Source: a virus (lineage: Duplodnaviria > Caudoviricetes). Taken from it: a stretch of DNA of 64,000 bases. Below the pieces are notes generated by a model. It was not told the DNA's origin. It saw nothing but the letters and a program-made list of their open reading frames with translations, and did not search any database. The translations under genes and the position numbers were made by a program. Of the stretch, positions 9,352 to 17,367 are shown one piece after another. Within the stretch, counting starts at the first letter, position 1, and every line of letters begins with the position of its first letter. Location: positions 32,979 through 96,978 of the IMG/VR virus record IMGVR_UViG_2788500332_000006; one strand, 5' to 3'.

Positions 9352-9709
9352 CTTCCGCAAAGTGCTGGGGCCGTTCGGCCGGGAGGTCGTGAAGGTCGGC
9401 GACGTGCGCATCACGTGGGGCTTCATCGGCATCCTCGCCGACTATGAGACGGCCCACTGGACGCTGACCTATCAGGCGGAGCATCGAAACTTCTATGTCC
9501 GCAGGAGTGAACAAGTGTCTCTACGCGTGCGCGACGAAAGTGGCCTGATCCACTATCGCGCGGCCGGCCTCCCTATCCACCTGGACATGTTCATCAAGAG
9601 CGACAACCGCATTGTCGCGAGCGGGACCATCACCAACGTGCTCCGCTCCCGGCTCTCGCCGGAAGACATCGCGCTCTGCGCCCGACTTTCCATGAAGGGA
9701 ACATCATGA
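9344..9709 (+). CDS. Array paralogue 5
   Basis: VLGP, WTLTYQAEHRNF, LRSRLSPEDIALCARLSM; GGAGG RBS. Confidence 0.85.
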   Translation: MADFRKVLGPFGREVVKVGDVRITWGFIGILADYETAHWTLTYQAEHRNFYVRRSEQVSLRVRDESGLIHYRAAGLPIHLDMFIKSDNRIVASGTITNVLRSRLSPEDIALCARLSMKGTS

Positions 9710-10869
9710 TGATCGCCGAGGACAAGATACTCGCCGCCCGCACGGCTCTCATGTGGGACCACCCGTTCTTCGGGGCACTCGCTGTCCGGCTCACCACCAT
9801 CGACGCGACCGATGACCCGCGCATCGACACGATGGCAACCGACGGCCGTAACCTGTTCTTCGACCGGAAGTTCGTCGACGGGTTGAAGAAGCCGGAGCTG
9901 GTGTTCGTGCTGGCCCACGAGGTCATGCACAACGCGCTCGAGCACCACATCCGCCGGCAGACACGCGATCCACGGCGCTGGAACAAGGCATGCGACTACG
10001 CCATCAATGGCGAGCTCGCCGATACCAAGATCGGGACCATGCCGAAGGGCGGCCTCATCGATCCCGCCTACACCGGCCTCTCGGCGGAAGAAATCTATCG
10101 CCTTCTGCCGGAAGAGAATGGCGGCGGCGCGGATGGTGGGCAAGGCGGACAGGACCCGGGCGGGTGCGGCGCCGTGCTCGACGCGGCGCCGGCGCATGAT
10201 GAGGCCGCCCTCGCAGAGGCCCGCGCGGAGATGCAGACGGCCGTCAGGCAGGCGGCGAACATAGCCAAGGCCGCCAATGCCGGCAGCCTGCCGGCGGGCA
10301 TCCAGCGCCTCGTGGACGAGCTTCTGAAGCCGAAGGTGGACTGGCGGTCGGTGCTGCGCCGCTTCGTCGACGAGTCCACCACACGCGACTTCGCCTGGTC
10401 CCGGCCTAACCGCCGGCTGGTGCCGCATGGGGTGATCACCCCCGGCACAGTCTCCATCGGCGTCTCGCATATCGTGATCGCCGTCGACACCTCCGGCTCG
10501 ATCGACGCCGAGATCCTCCGCGCCTTCGCTGCCGAGATCAACGGCGCCTTCTGCGAGGGCGCGGTGGACCGCATCACCGTGATCTATGCCGACGCCGCGG
10601 TTCAGCATGTCGAGGAGTTCGAGACCGGCGACGAGCTCATGCTCCATCCGGCCGGCGGCGGCGGCACCGCCTTCTCCGATACCTTCCGCAGGATCGAGCG
10701 GGACTATCCCGGCGCCCGCGCCTGCATCTATCTGACCGACCTCTTCGTCAGCGACTTCGGCCGGGAGCCATCCATGCCCGTCTTGTGGGGCGTCTACGGC
10801 GACCCGCGCGCCTTCGACCACCTCGCCGCCACTGTGCCGTTCGGAGAGCCGATCAGCATCGCTCCCTGA
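9706..10869 (+). CDS. DUF2201-type putative Zn-metallopeptidase fused to a VWA domain
   Basis: TMATDG, HEVMH (HExxH), WNKACDYAIN; MIDAS VDTSGS, GGGGT, YLTD. Confidence 0.9.
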   Translation: MMIAEDKILAARTALMWDHPFFGALAVRLTTIDATDDPRIDTMATDGRNLFFDRKFVDGLKKPELVFVLAHEVMHNALEHHIRRQTRDPRRWNKACDYAINGELADTKIGTMPKGGLIDPAYTGLSAEEIYRLLPEENGGGADGGQGGQDPGGCGAVLDAAPAHDEAALAEARAEMQTAVRQAANIAKAANAGSLPAGIQRLVDELLKPKVDWRSVLRRFVDESTTRDFAWSRPNRRLVPHGVITPGTVSIGVSHIVIAVDTSGSIDAEILRAFAAEINGAFCEGAVDRITVIYADAAVQHVEEFETGDELMLHPAGGGGTAFSDTFRRIERDYPGARACIYLTDLFVSDFGREPSMPVLWGVYGDPRAFDHLAATVPFGEPISIAP

Positions 10870-10911
10870 CCACACCACCAATCGCCGCTCATGGCACCAA
10901 GGAGACCTCAC

Positions 10912-11307
10912 ATGTCCGCGATCCTGACCAAGCTGGAATTCGACGCCTTTCTCGAAGAGAACCGGCAGGCACCTTCCCTCGAAATCGCCGAACCGACCTG
11001 GCGCGAGGCCGGCCCCGATCACGCCCCGCGCGCCAAGCTCAAAGGCATCTGGACTATCGGCGGTCTGAGCCTGCACGTGGTGGCTCTTGAATGCCGGCTC
11101 GTGGCCCCGAGCGACTTCGATGAGGAAACCGGCGATGCCAAAACGCTGCCTTGGGACGCCCCGGGCGGCCTGATCGATTTCGCCCTCGGCGTTGAGGGCT
11201 TCGACATCGGAGAGCTCTGGTCCGCCCATGGCATGGAGGGCCACGCCGAGACCGCCATCATCGACGGCCGGCATTACCTGATCTTCGCCTCGCCCTTCTG
11301 CACCTAA
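10912..11307 (+). CDS. Hypothetical protein
   Basis: Leader-motif variant and AAGGAGA RBS. Confidence 0.75.
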   Translation: MSAILTKLEFDAFLEENRQAPSLEIAEPTWREAGPDHAPRAKLKGIWTIGGLSLHVVALECRLVAPSDFDEETGDAKTLPWDAPGGLIDFALGVEGFDIGELWSAHGMEGHAETAIIDGRHYLIFASPFCT

Positions 11308-11371
11308 CGCCATCTTCACGGCCACGACGTTCCGCCCTATCCTCCGGCCGACAACTTGGCTGGAGAGCAAC

Positions 11372-11719
11372 ATGTTCAAGCGTTCACTCTTCCTTGGCAT
11401 AGCGCTGGCGATGACAGTGGGATCGTCGGTCGCAGCTGATGATCCAGTTTTCGAGTTTGACTGGCTGGCGATATTCCGAACCGCCAACAAGTTTTGCGTT
11501 GGACAGAACTTCTCGGCAGAAGGCATCGACTTGCGCATGAAGCAGATTGGTAGGCGCCTCGGCTGGTCCCCGCAAAAACTCGCCGACGAAACTCTGTCTC
11601 GTGAGATCACCACTGAGATTGACTTGCGCGTTAGTCAAACAGCCTTTTGCAACACTGCGAGAATGGGACGTCGGCAATACGGTGACGACTATCTCCGAAG
11701 AGTAGGCGTCATCTACTGA
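11372..11719 (+). CDS. Putative exported protein (moron-like)
   Basis: Signal peptide MFKRSLFLGIALAMTVGSSVAA; two Cys; visibly more AT-rich codons. Confidence 0.7.
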   Translation: MFKRSLFLGIALAMTVGSSVAADDPVFEFDWLAIFRTANKFCVGQNFSAEGIDLRMKQIGRRLGWSPQKLADETLSREITTEIDLRVSQTAFCNTARMGRRQYGDDYLRRVGVIY

Positions 11720-11771
11720 ACCAAGAGCGATCGGCGTGATCTTCCCATTTCCCTAGCAGCACAACATCTCC

Positions 11772-11803
11772 AGGCCGGGCCACGCAGCCCGGCCTTTTCT
11801 TTT
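11772..11803 (+). terminator. Rho-independent terminator
   Basis: AGGCCGGGC-CACGCA-GCCCGGCCT followed by TTTCTTTT. Confidence 0.85.
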
Positions 11804-11832
11804 CCCCCAATCATGGGCTCATGGAGACCGCG

Positions 11833-12030
11833 ATGCACAAGCACATCGTCGAGGTGAGGCTGCGCCTTGCCGTCTATGCCAACTCCATCGGTCAAGCTGT
11901 CGACCAGGCTTCCAGACACATCAAAGTCCGTTCCAGCGCCACCGTCCATCGGGATGGCGATGTGCAGATCGTTGCCTGGGAACCCCAGGGAGGTTCCGGC
12001 ACGCAAACAACCGACAGGGGGCAGGCATGA
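11833..12030 (+). CDS. Hypothetical protein
   Basis: GGAGA RBS; ATGA overlap with the next gene. Confidence 0.55.
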   Translation: MHKHIVEVRLRLAVYANSIGQAVDQASRHIKVRSSATVHRDGDVQIVAWEPQGGSGTQTTDRGQA

Positions 12031-12524
12031 GATTCACGAGGAAGCAGCGCTACGGCCCCTACGAGGACACGTCGCGCAAGCGGGCGGCTCTCGCCAGGAA
12101 GCAAAGGCTCGAGCGCGAAAGGCTGCCGCTGCTGGCCGAGATGATCGCCGAGCAGCAGCCCGATGCGGACACCGTGATGGCGGAGCGGGCGGTGAAGTGG
12201 ACCATTTGGGAGCAGGAGACACGTGACAGAAGGGCCGCGAACTGGCGACGCGCCCGCGCCCAGCTATTCGCCTATGGAGACAACATCCGGCGAACGCTCA
12301 CCCGCCTGTGGAACTCCGCACCGTACCCGGCCACGCCGGAATACCTGCTCGACATGCTCCACCAGTTCGACCGCGGCAACCTCGACCCTGATAACCCGCC
12401 CTGGGTTTACCGAGGCCCCGGCCTGAAGACCGTCGACTTCACCGACATAGTCAACCGAGCGCGCGCCCGCCAAGGGCTGCCGCCTCTCGACGCCCCCGCC
12501 ACTCATGGCACCAATGGAGACTGA
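12027..12524 (+). CDS. Conserved phage protein upstream of the DUF4942 methyltransferase
   Basis: TSRKRAALARKQRLERERLPLLAEMIAEQQP ... WRRARAQL; recalled as a usual neighbour of DUF4942 MTases (unverified). Confidence 0.7.
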   Translation: MRFTRKQRYGPYEDTSRKRAALARKQRLERERLPLLAEMIAEQQPDADTVMAERAVKWTIWEQETRDRRAANWRRARAQLFAYGDNIRRTLTRLWNSAPYPATPEYLLDMLHQFDRGNLDPDNPPWVYRGPGLKTVDFTDIVNRARARQGLPPLDAPATHGTNGD

Positions 12525-12525
12525 C

Positions 12526-14070
12526 GTGAACGCCCTTGTCCCACGCCCTTCCATCGAACAGATCGTCTCCTTCCGAGACCAGGCGATCTCCCGGTACGAG
12601 CAGGCATTCGAGAAGATCGCCGAGGCTGACGCCGCGGTTCGCGAGGCTGGCGCCTTATGGGAAGCCGCATCTCCGGGAAAGTCCGGCGAATGGTCGAGTT
12701 CGACCGACGAGATCAAGAACTTCCTCAACGCAGTCCGGCTGCCCGACCGCGATCAATATCTGCGCACGGCACGACGTCTGATCGACGTGACGGTCTGGGC
12801 GCACGTCATCGACATCGCCGGCATCGAACCGCTGATGGACAGTCAGGCGAAGCAGGAACTGCGTGACCAGATGCGCTATATCCCCGAGCGCGTCGACCGC
12901 CACGGTGAGCTCATCAATCAGGACGAAATCGACAAGACGCTGCCGCCGGTCACCGTTGACAATGTCATGGCGACGCTTGAGCGCTTCCGTGCCGACGCCG
13001 AACTGATCTTCCGCCGCGGCATCGTCAATGCCTTCACCAAGCTGGACCGCCGCTTCAGATCGCACGACGGTTTCAAGATCGGTTCGCGCGTCATCGTGAA
13101 CTACCTCATCCGCGACGGCCACATCTACAGCTCAAGCTCCCGCGCGGACATGCTCACCGATATTGAGCGCACCTTTCTCGTACTCGACGGGAAAACGGAG
13201 CGCGCCAAGTATGGCCGCATCGTCGACGAGCTCGATCGAGCGAACCCGTCGTCCTACTTCAATCGGCAGGCCTTCGAGGTGGAGAGCGACTATTTCAAGA
13301 TCCGGTGCTTCAAAAACGGCAACGCGCACCTCTGGATGACGAGAAAGGATCTGGTGAAGAAGGTGAACTTGATCCTCGCCGACCACTACGGCGAGGTTAT
13401 CGGCGACGGCATGACGAAGGAGGACGATCCTCTTTCCCCTGACAAGGCGAAGACGACGCCGGCCCGCTACTTCGGCTTCTTCCCGACGCCGAAGGCAGCC
13501 GCCGACGAACTGCTGTCGGGCGCTCGGCTCCTTCGCTCGGCCGACCAGCCGCCACTGCGCGTTCTCGAACCGTCGGCCGGCACCGGCAACCTGGCGCGGC
13601 GCTGCTTCTGCCACCTGGAGGACTACCCGGAGTACCATCGCCAGCGCTACGGTAGCGAGTACCGCTACGACAACAAGGTCGACTGCATCGAGATCCAGCC
13701 CCACCTCGCAATGCAGCTCGAAGCCGAGGGCATCTACAACCGGGTCACCTGCGGCGACTTCCTGCAGATGCGCCCCGATCCGGCCAACCTCTATGACGTC
13801 GTGGTGATGAACCCGCCGTTCGACCGGGAGCGCGACATCGACCACGTCGTCCATGCGCTCCAGTTTCTGAAGCCCGACGGCTATCTGACGGCCATCATGT
13901 CGGCCGGCACAGAGTTTCGCGAGACCAGGAAGGCCATTGCCTTCCGCGAGATGATGGAGAAGATGCACGCCAAGTGGTCCGACCTGCCGGCCGGCTCGTT
14001 CGCCGAGGTCGGGACCTATGTCAACACCTGCATCGTCCGCGTCTACAAGGACGGGAGGCGCACCTATTGA
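12526..14070 (+). CDS. DUF4942-domain class I SAM-dependent (amino) DNA methyltransferase
   Basis: FRSHDGFKIGSRVI and YFKIRCFKNGNAHL (DUF4942); FFPTP, VLEPSAGTG, VMNPPF; GTG start after GGAGA. Confidence 0.88.
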   Translation: MNALVPRPSIEQIVSFRDQAISRYEQAFEKIAEADAAVREAGALWEAASPGKSGEWSSSTDEIKNFLNAVRLPDRDQYLRTARRLIDVTVWAHVIDIAGIEPLMDSQAKQELRDQMRYIPERVDRHGELINQDEIDKTLPPVTVDNVMATLERFRADAELIFRRGIVNAFTKLDRRFRSHDGFKIGSRVIVNYLIRDGHIYSSSSRADMLTDIERTFLVLDGKTERAKYGRIVDELDRANPSSYFNRQAFEVESDYFKIRCFKNGNAHLWMTRKDLVKKVNLILADHYGEVIGDGMTKEDDPLSPDKAKTTPARYFGFFPTPKAAADELLSGARLLRSADQPPLRVLEPSAGTGNLARRCFCHLEDYPEYHRQRYGSEYRYDNKVDCIEIQPHLAMQLEAEGIYNRVTCGDFLQMRPDPANLYDVVVMNPPFDRERDIDHVVHALQFLKPDGYLTAIMSAGTEFRETRKAIAFREMMEKMHAKWSDLPAGSFAEVGTYVNTCIVRVYKDGRRTY

Positions 14071-14083
14071 AAGGACAGAGAGC

Positions 14084-14533
14084 ATGGCCACCAAGCCCGC
14101 CTCCCGCCGCATCTGCAAGGCCATCCCGTACAAGGGGAAATACTTGGCCCAGTTCGCGCTCCCTGGGCTCGAACCCGACTATGTTCGGGCTGGCGAAGCG
14201 GCCGTGCGTTTCAACACCGAAAATGGTGCAGAAATAGCGGCGCTTAAGGCGTTCGCGAGGCTCTACGATTCTCGCACCGTCGACACCAGAAAAGCCGGTG
14301 GATACCGCCGCCTCACGGGCGCCAAGCTAGCCGTTCTGCTCAACGACATCGACATCACCCCAACCTATTTTGCCGAGATCGCGGGCGTGCCGCAGAGCCG
14401 CGTCATGAAATGGCTGGATGGTGAGCAGGATATCCCGCACTCAATTCATGTGCTGGCCCGCCTGCTGGCGATGTCGACGATCAACTTTGAGCACGCCGAA
14501 AGGATCACGATGGAATGTCAAAGCGAGACCTGA
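14084..14533 (+). CDS. Protein with C-terminal XRE-like HTH
   Basis: ITPTYFAEIAGVPQSRVMKWLDGEQDIP. Confidence 0.7.
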   Translation: MATKPASRRICKAIPYKGKYLAQFALPGLEPDYVRAGEAAVRFNTENGAEIAALKAFARLYDSRTVDTRKAGGYRRLTGAKLAVLLNDIDITPTYFAEIAGVPQSRVMKWLDGEQDIPHSIHVLARLLAMSTINFEHAERITMECQSET

Positions 14534-14796
14534 CCACCACCGACTTCCGCGCCTGGCTTCAATCTATGGGCCTGTCGCGCAGTGCTACTGGCGTCGGTGC
14601 CGGCCTGATCGGGATTACCGGCCGCACCCGGGCCAGCGAGACGGCCACCGGCAAGCGCGAGCTCACCCTGACGGAGCGCCTTGCCATGTCGGCCGTCCGC
14701 GCCGGCCTCAATCCCTGGCAACCCGAATACGAGACCGAACTGGCGGAGCGCTTTGGCGAGCCTCCCGCCATTTCTCGTGACTCCACCGCTGCATGA
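14515..14796 (+). CDS. Small HTH-like protein
   Basis: DFRAWLQSMGLSR..AGLIGIT..TGKRELTLTERLAMSA. Confidence 0.6.
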   Translation: MSKRDLTTTDFRAWLQSMGLSRSATGVGAGLIGITGRTRASETATGKRELTLTERLAMSAVRAGLNPWQPEYETELAERFGEPPAISRDSTAA

Positions 14797-15331
14797 CCGA
14801 TTCCTCGGGGATGTAGTGGAGCGCCGCGCCGGCGTGGTCAATCGCGCACTGCAGGATCTTGATCCTGTAGTCGAGATCGCCCGGCGCGGCCGGGTGCCAC
14901 GAATCCCAGCATATCGCGTGCTCGAGAACGTCGGCCATATAGGGCTTCGGCATGGCGGCCCGCACCCTGCCGACCATGCGCAAGCAATCGAGCTGGTAGC
15001 CGGTGATGTCGCTCGATGGGGCGCCACCGCCGCCGGCGTCCCCGACGGTCGGCGACTTCATGCCACGGACCTGGGCGCCCTCGAACAGATCCCGCAGCCG
15101 TAGCGCCACGTGGAATCGCGCGCCAGAGGTCCCAATTGGGTCGACGCTGGAGACGATCCGGCCGGTCGCCACCAACTGCTCGATGAGCCCCGCGTCCTTG
15201 CTGACGATGCCGATCTTTACTCCGGACATGACGAACATGCCGCGGCCATCGGCCATCGGCTCCGGTGCCGGCTCGGCCTCGCCCTCCTTCATCTTCTTGA
15301 GCTTGTCCAGGATGTGCTGACCGGTCGCCAT
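14708..15331 (-). CDS. DUF6456-like putative transcription activator
   Basis: LRLRDLFEGAQV..RVRAAM..ADVLEHAICWD..ILQCAID..LHY; last gene of the replication operon. Confidence 0.5.
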   Translation of the reverse strand: MATGQHILDKLKKMKEGEAEPAPEPMADGRGMFVMSGVKIGIVSKDAGLIEQLVATGRIVSSVDPIGTSGARFHVALRLRDLFEGAQVRGMKSPTVGDAGGGGAPSSDITGYQLDCLRMVGRVRAAMPKPYMADVLEHAICWDSWHPAAPGDLDYRIKILQCAIDHAGAALHYIPEESVMQRWSHEKWREARQSAPPVRSRIRVARD

Positions 15332-15636
15332 TACCTTGCTCCCTTCCGCTGCGCGCGGCGCAGTTCGAGGAATTTCCCCTGCACCCGATCCAGGATGCCG
15401 CCGTCGAGTGGCTTGCCGTCCTCGAAGCGAACCGACCAAAGCTCGTCGAGCTTGTCCCTGCGCTCCTTGTCGGACATGGCCGATCGATTCCGGTAGGGCG
15501 ACCTGGAGATGATGCCGGCGACCTGCTTCTTTCCGAGACCGGCAACCAGCCCTACCGCCCGCTCGCTCATGCCGATCAGCCAGAGCACCCAGACGACGTA
15601 GACGGTGGCGTCCTTATGCCTGTCGATCTTGACCAA
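15331..15636 (-). CDS. Hypothetical protein, possible HTH
   Basis: LWLIGMSERAVGLVAGLGKKQVAGIISR; TTG start uncertain. Confidence 0.55.
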   Translation of the reverse strand: MVKIDRHKDATVYVVWVLWLIGMSERAVGLVAGLGKKQVAGIISRSPYRNRSAMSDKERRDKLDELWSVRFEDGKPLDGGILDRVQGKFLELRRAQRKGAR

Positions 15637-15955
15637 CCCGCACCGCCTTTCGCTTCGTGATGACGGTGATCTGCCGGCGCCGCGGCTCGACCGTCTTGAT
15701 CTTGAACGCAGCATTGGCTGCTGCAGCGGTTTCTCCTGCCACTTCACCGGAACGCTCCAGATGTCCGTTGATCCAAGCCGTCAGTCCGTCCGTCGCCGCC
15801 CTGAGAGCTTCCAGCTCGGTCGGGTAGACGTGCGGAGCCCCGCCCTTCCCCGTAATCGGTTTCGCGCTCGCGTCCTTGGCGGTGCGCACCATGGCGTGGT
15901 AGCCGCCATAAACCGGGGCCGCGAATGCCTTGAAGCAGTTGAGCTCGGCCATCAT
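15614..15955 (-). CDS. Phage hypothetical protein
   Basis: ATGA overlap with the dnaB stop. Confidence 0.7.
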   Translation of the reverse strand: MMAELNCFKAFAAPVYGGYHAMVRTAKDASAKPITGKGGAPHVYPTELEALRAATDGLTAWINGHLERSGEVAGETAAAANAAFKIKTVEPRRRQITVITKRKAVRVGQDRQA

Positions 15956-17367
15956 GCAAACTCCCGGCCTTCGTCGAGCAAATCAAATCTATCCTGATGC
16001 GTTATGAGATCGGAGAACCGTGTCGTTTTCCCCTCCCAATGGAATATCCTACGATCGCGCGATGCACCAAACCTGTCCTTGAGCTTGTACACTTCAATTC
16101 TCCCGGCGCTCTGGCTGCACTGACTCTCCCAATCCAGCTTGGCCTTACTTTGGTTCGTCCTCGGAGGATTCCGCATCAGCCAGTCGTGCCGATTGAAGTT
16201 CGCCAGCATGACGTCGGCATGTTCTTCTAGGCTGCCGCCGTAGAAGTCCTCCATCTCCGGCTCAGGAACCTCTTTCTGGCGGGCTGATTTCGTGAACTGG
16301 CAAAGCGCGATGACGACGCAGTCGAGATCCTTGGCGAGGGTCTTGAGATCGCGTGCGTTCTCGTAGGCGCGCTCGACCGGGTCTATCCGCGTCTTGCTCG
16401 GCCGCTCGATGAGCTTCAGGTGGTCAACCACCAGCAGCCGGAGGCCGTGCTTTCGCTTGTGCGCAATGGCCCGGCTCCTGATCTGCTGCATGGTCACCTT
16501 CGCCTGATGGACGATGCGCAGACGGCGCGACGCGAACGATTCCGACGCCTGCGCCATGCGGGCATACTGGTCTTCCGTCATGCCGCGCATGATGTCGCGT
16601 GCCGAAACGCCGGTGTCGCTGGCGATCGAGCGCGCCACGAGGCTGGTATTGTCCATCTCCAGCTCGAACAGCGACGCCGGCTCTTCCTCGCTGGTGAACA
16701 GCAGTTGCTGCATGGCGACCGCCGTCTTCGCAGCGCCGGGTCCGCCGCCCCACAGGACCAGCGAACTCGGCGCGAAGAAGCCGACCATCTCTTCCAGGCC
16801 CGACAGGCATGGGCGCAGCGCGATCCCCTTCTTGGCCGACGGAGAGGACTTCTTCAGGATCTGCTTGATGGTCTCGGAAACCGTCGACTCGTATTCGATA
16901 GCCGCCGACCGGGAGATGTCGGCGATCCGCTCGCCGGCCCGATCGACGATGGCCTGAGCGTCGAGCCTCGGGTCCTTCACGCTCTTGATCATGCCCTCGG
17001 CGAGCGCCAGCACGCGCCGGCGTGTCGCCGCGTCGCGCAGATCGTAGGCATAGTCGGCGAGCGGGATTGAATCCTCCTTGCTGGCATAGTGCAGGAGCCC
17101 GGAGATATAGGCGTCAGGGTCTTGACCGTCCTTCAGGGCGCCGAGCCGGCCGGAGACCAAAGGGACGCGGATTGCGCGACCGTCCGACGCCAGCTCGGTC
17201 ATCACCGCGAAGATCTTCTGGTGATCGTCGGAGCCGAAGCAGTCGATCGACAGGACGTCGCTGACGCTCCAGTAGTTTTCCTCGTTGAGCAGGATGGCGC
17301 CGAGCACCAGCCGCTCGATCGCCACGTTGCCGATCCCCTCAGTCGAGGTAGACGACGCTGCGTCCAT
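15952..17367 (-). CDS. dnaB: DnaB-like replicative helicase
   Basis: N-domain IERLVLGAILL..F..DDHQKIF; GGPGAAKT, FELEM, LVVDHL, LKTLAKDLDCVVIALCQ, SLEEHAD, KDRFG. Confidence 0.9.
   Translation of the reverse strand: MDAASSTSTEGIGNVAIERLVLGAILLNEENYWSVSDVLSIDCFGSDDHQKIFAVMTELASDGRAIRVPLVSGRLGALKDGQDPDAYISGLLHYASKEDSIPLADYAYDLRDAATRRRVLALAEGMIKSVKDPRLDAQAIVDRAGERIADISRSAAIEYESTVSETIKQILKKSSPSAKKGIALRPCLSGLEEMVGFFAPSSLVLWGGGPGAAKTAVAMQQLLFTSEEEPASLFELEMDNTSLVARSIASDTGVSARDIMRGMTEDQYARMAQASESFASRRLRIVHQAKVTMQQIRSRAIAHKRKHGLRLLVVDHLKLIERPSKTRIDPVERAYENARDLKTLAKDLDCVVIALCQFTKSARQKEVPEPEMEDFYGGSLEEHADVMLANFNRHDWLMRNPPRTNQSKAKLDWESQCSQSAGRIEVYKLKDRFGASRDRRIFHWEGKTTRFSDLITHQDRFDLLDEGREFA

Noticed and set aside
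9553-11613. 686-aa - strand ORF
   Set aside because: Antisense shadow of the VWA gene and neighbours.
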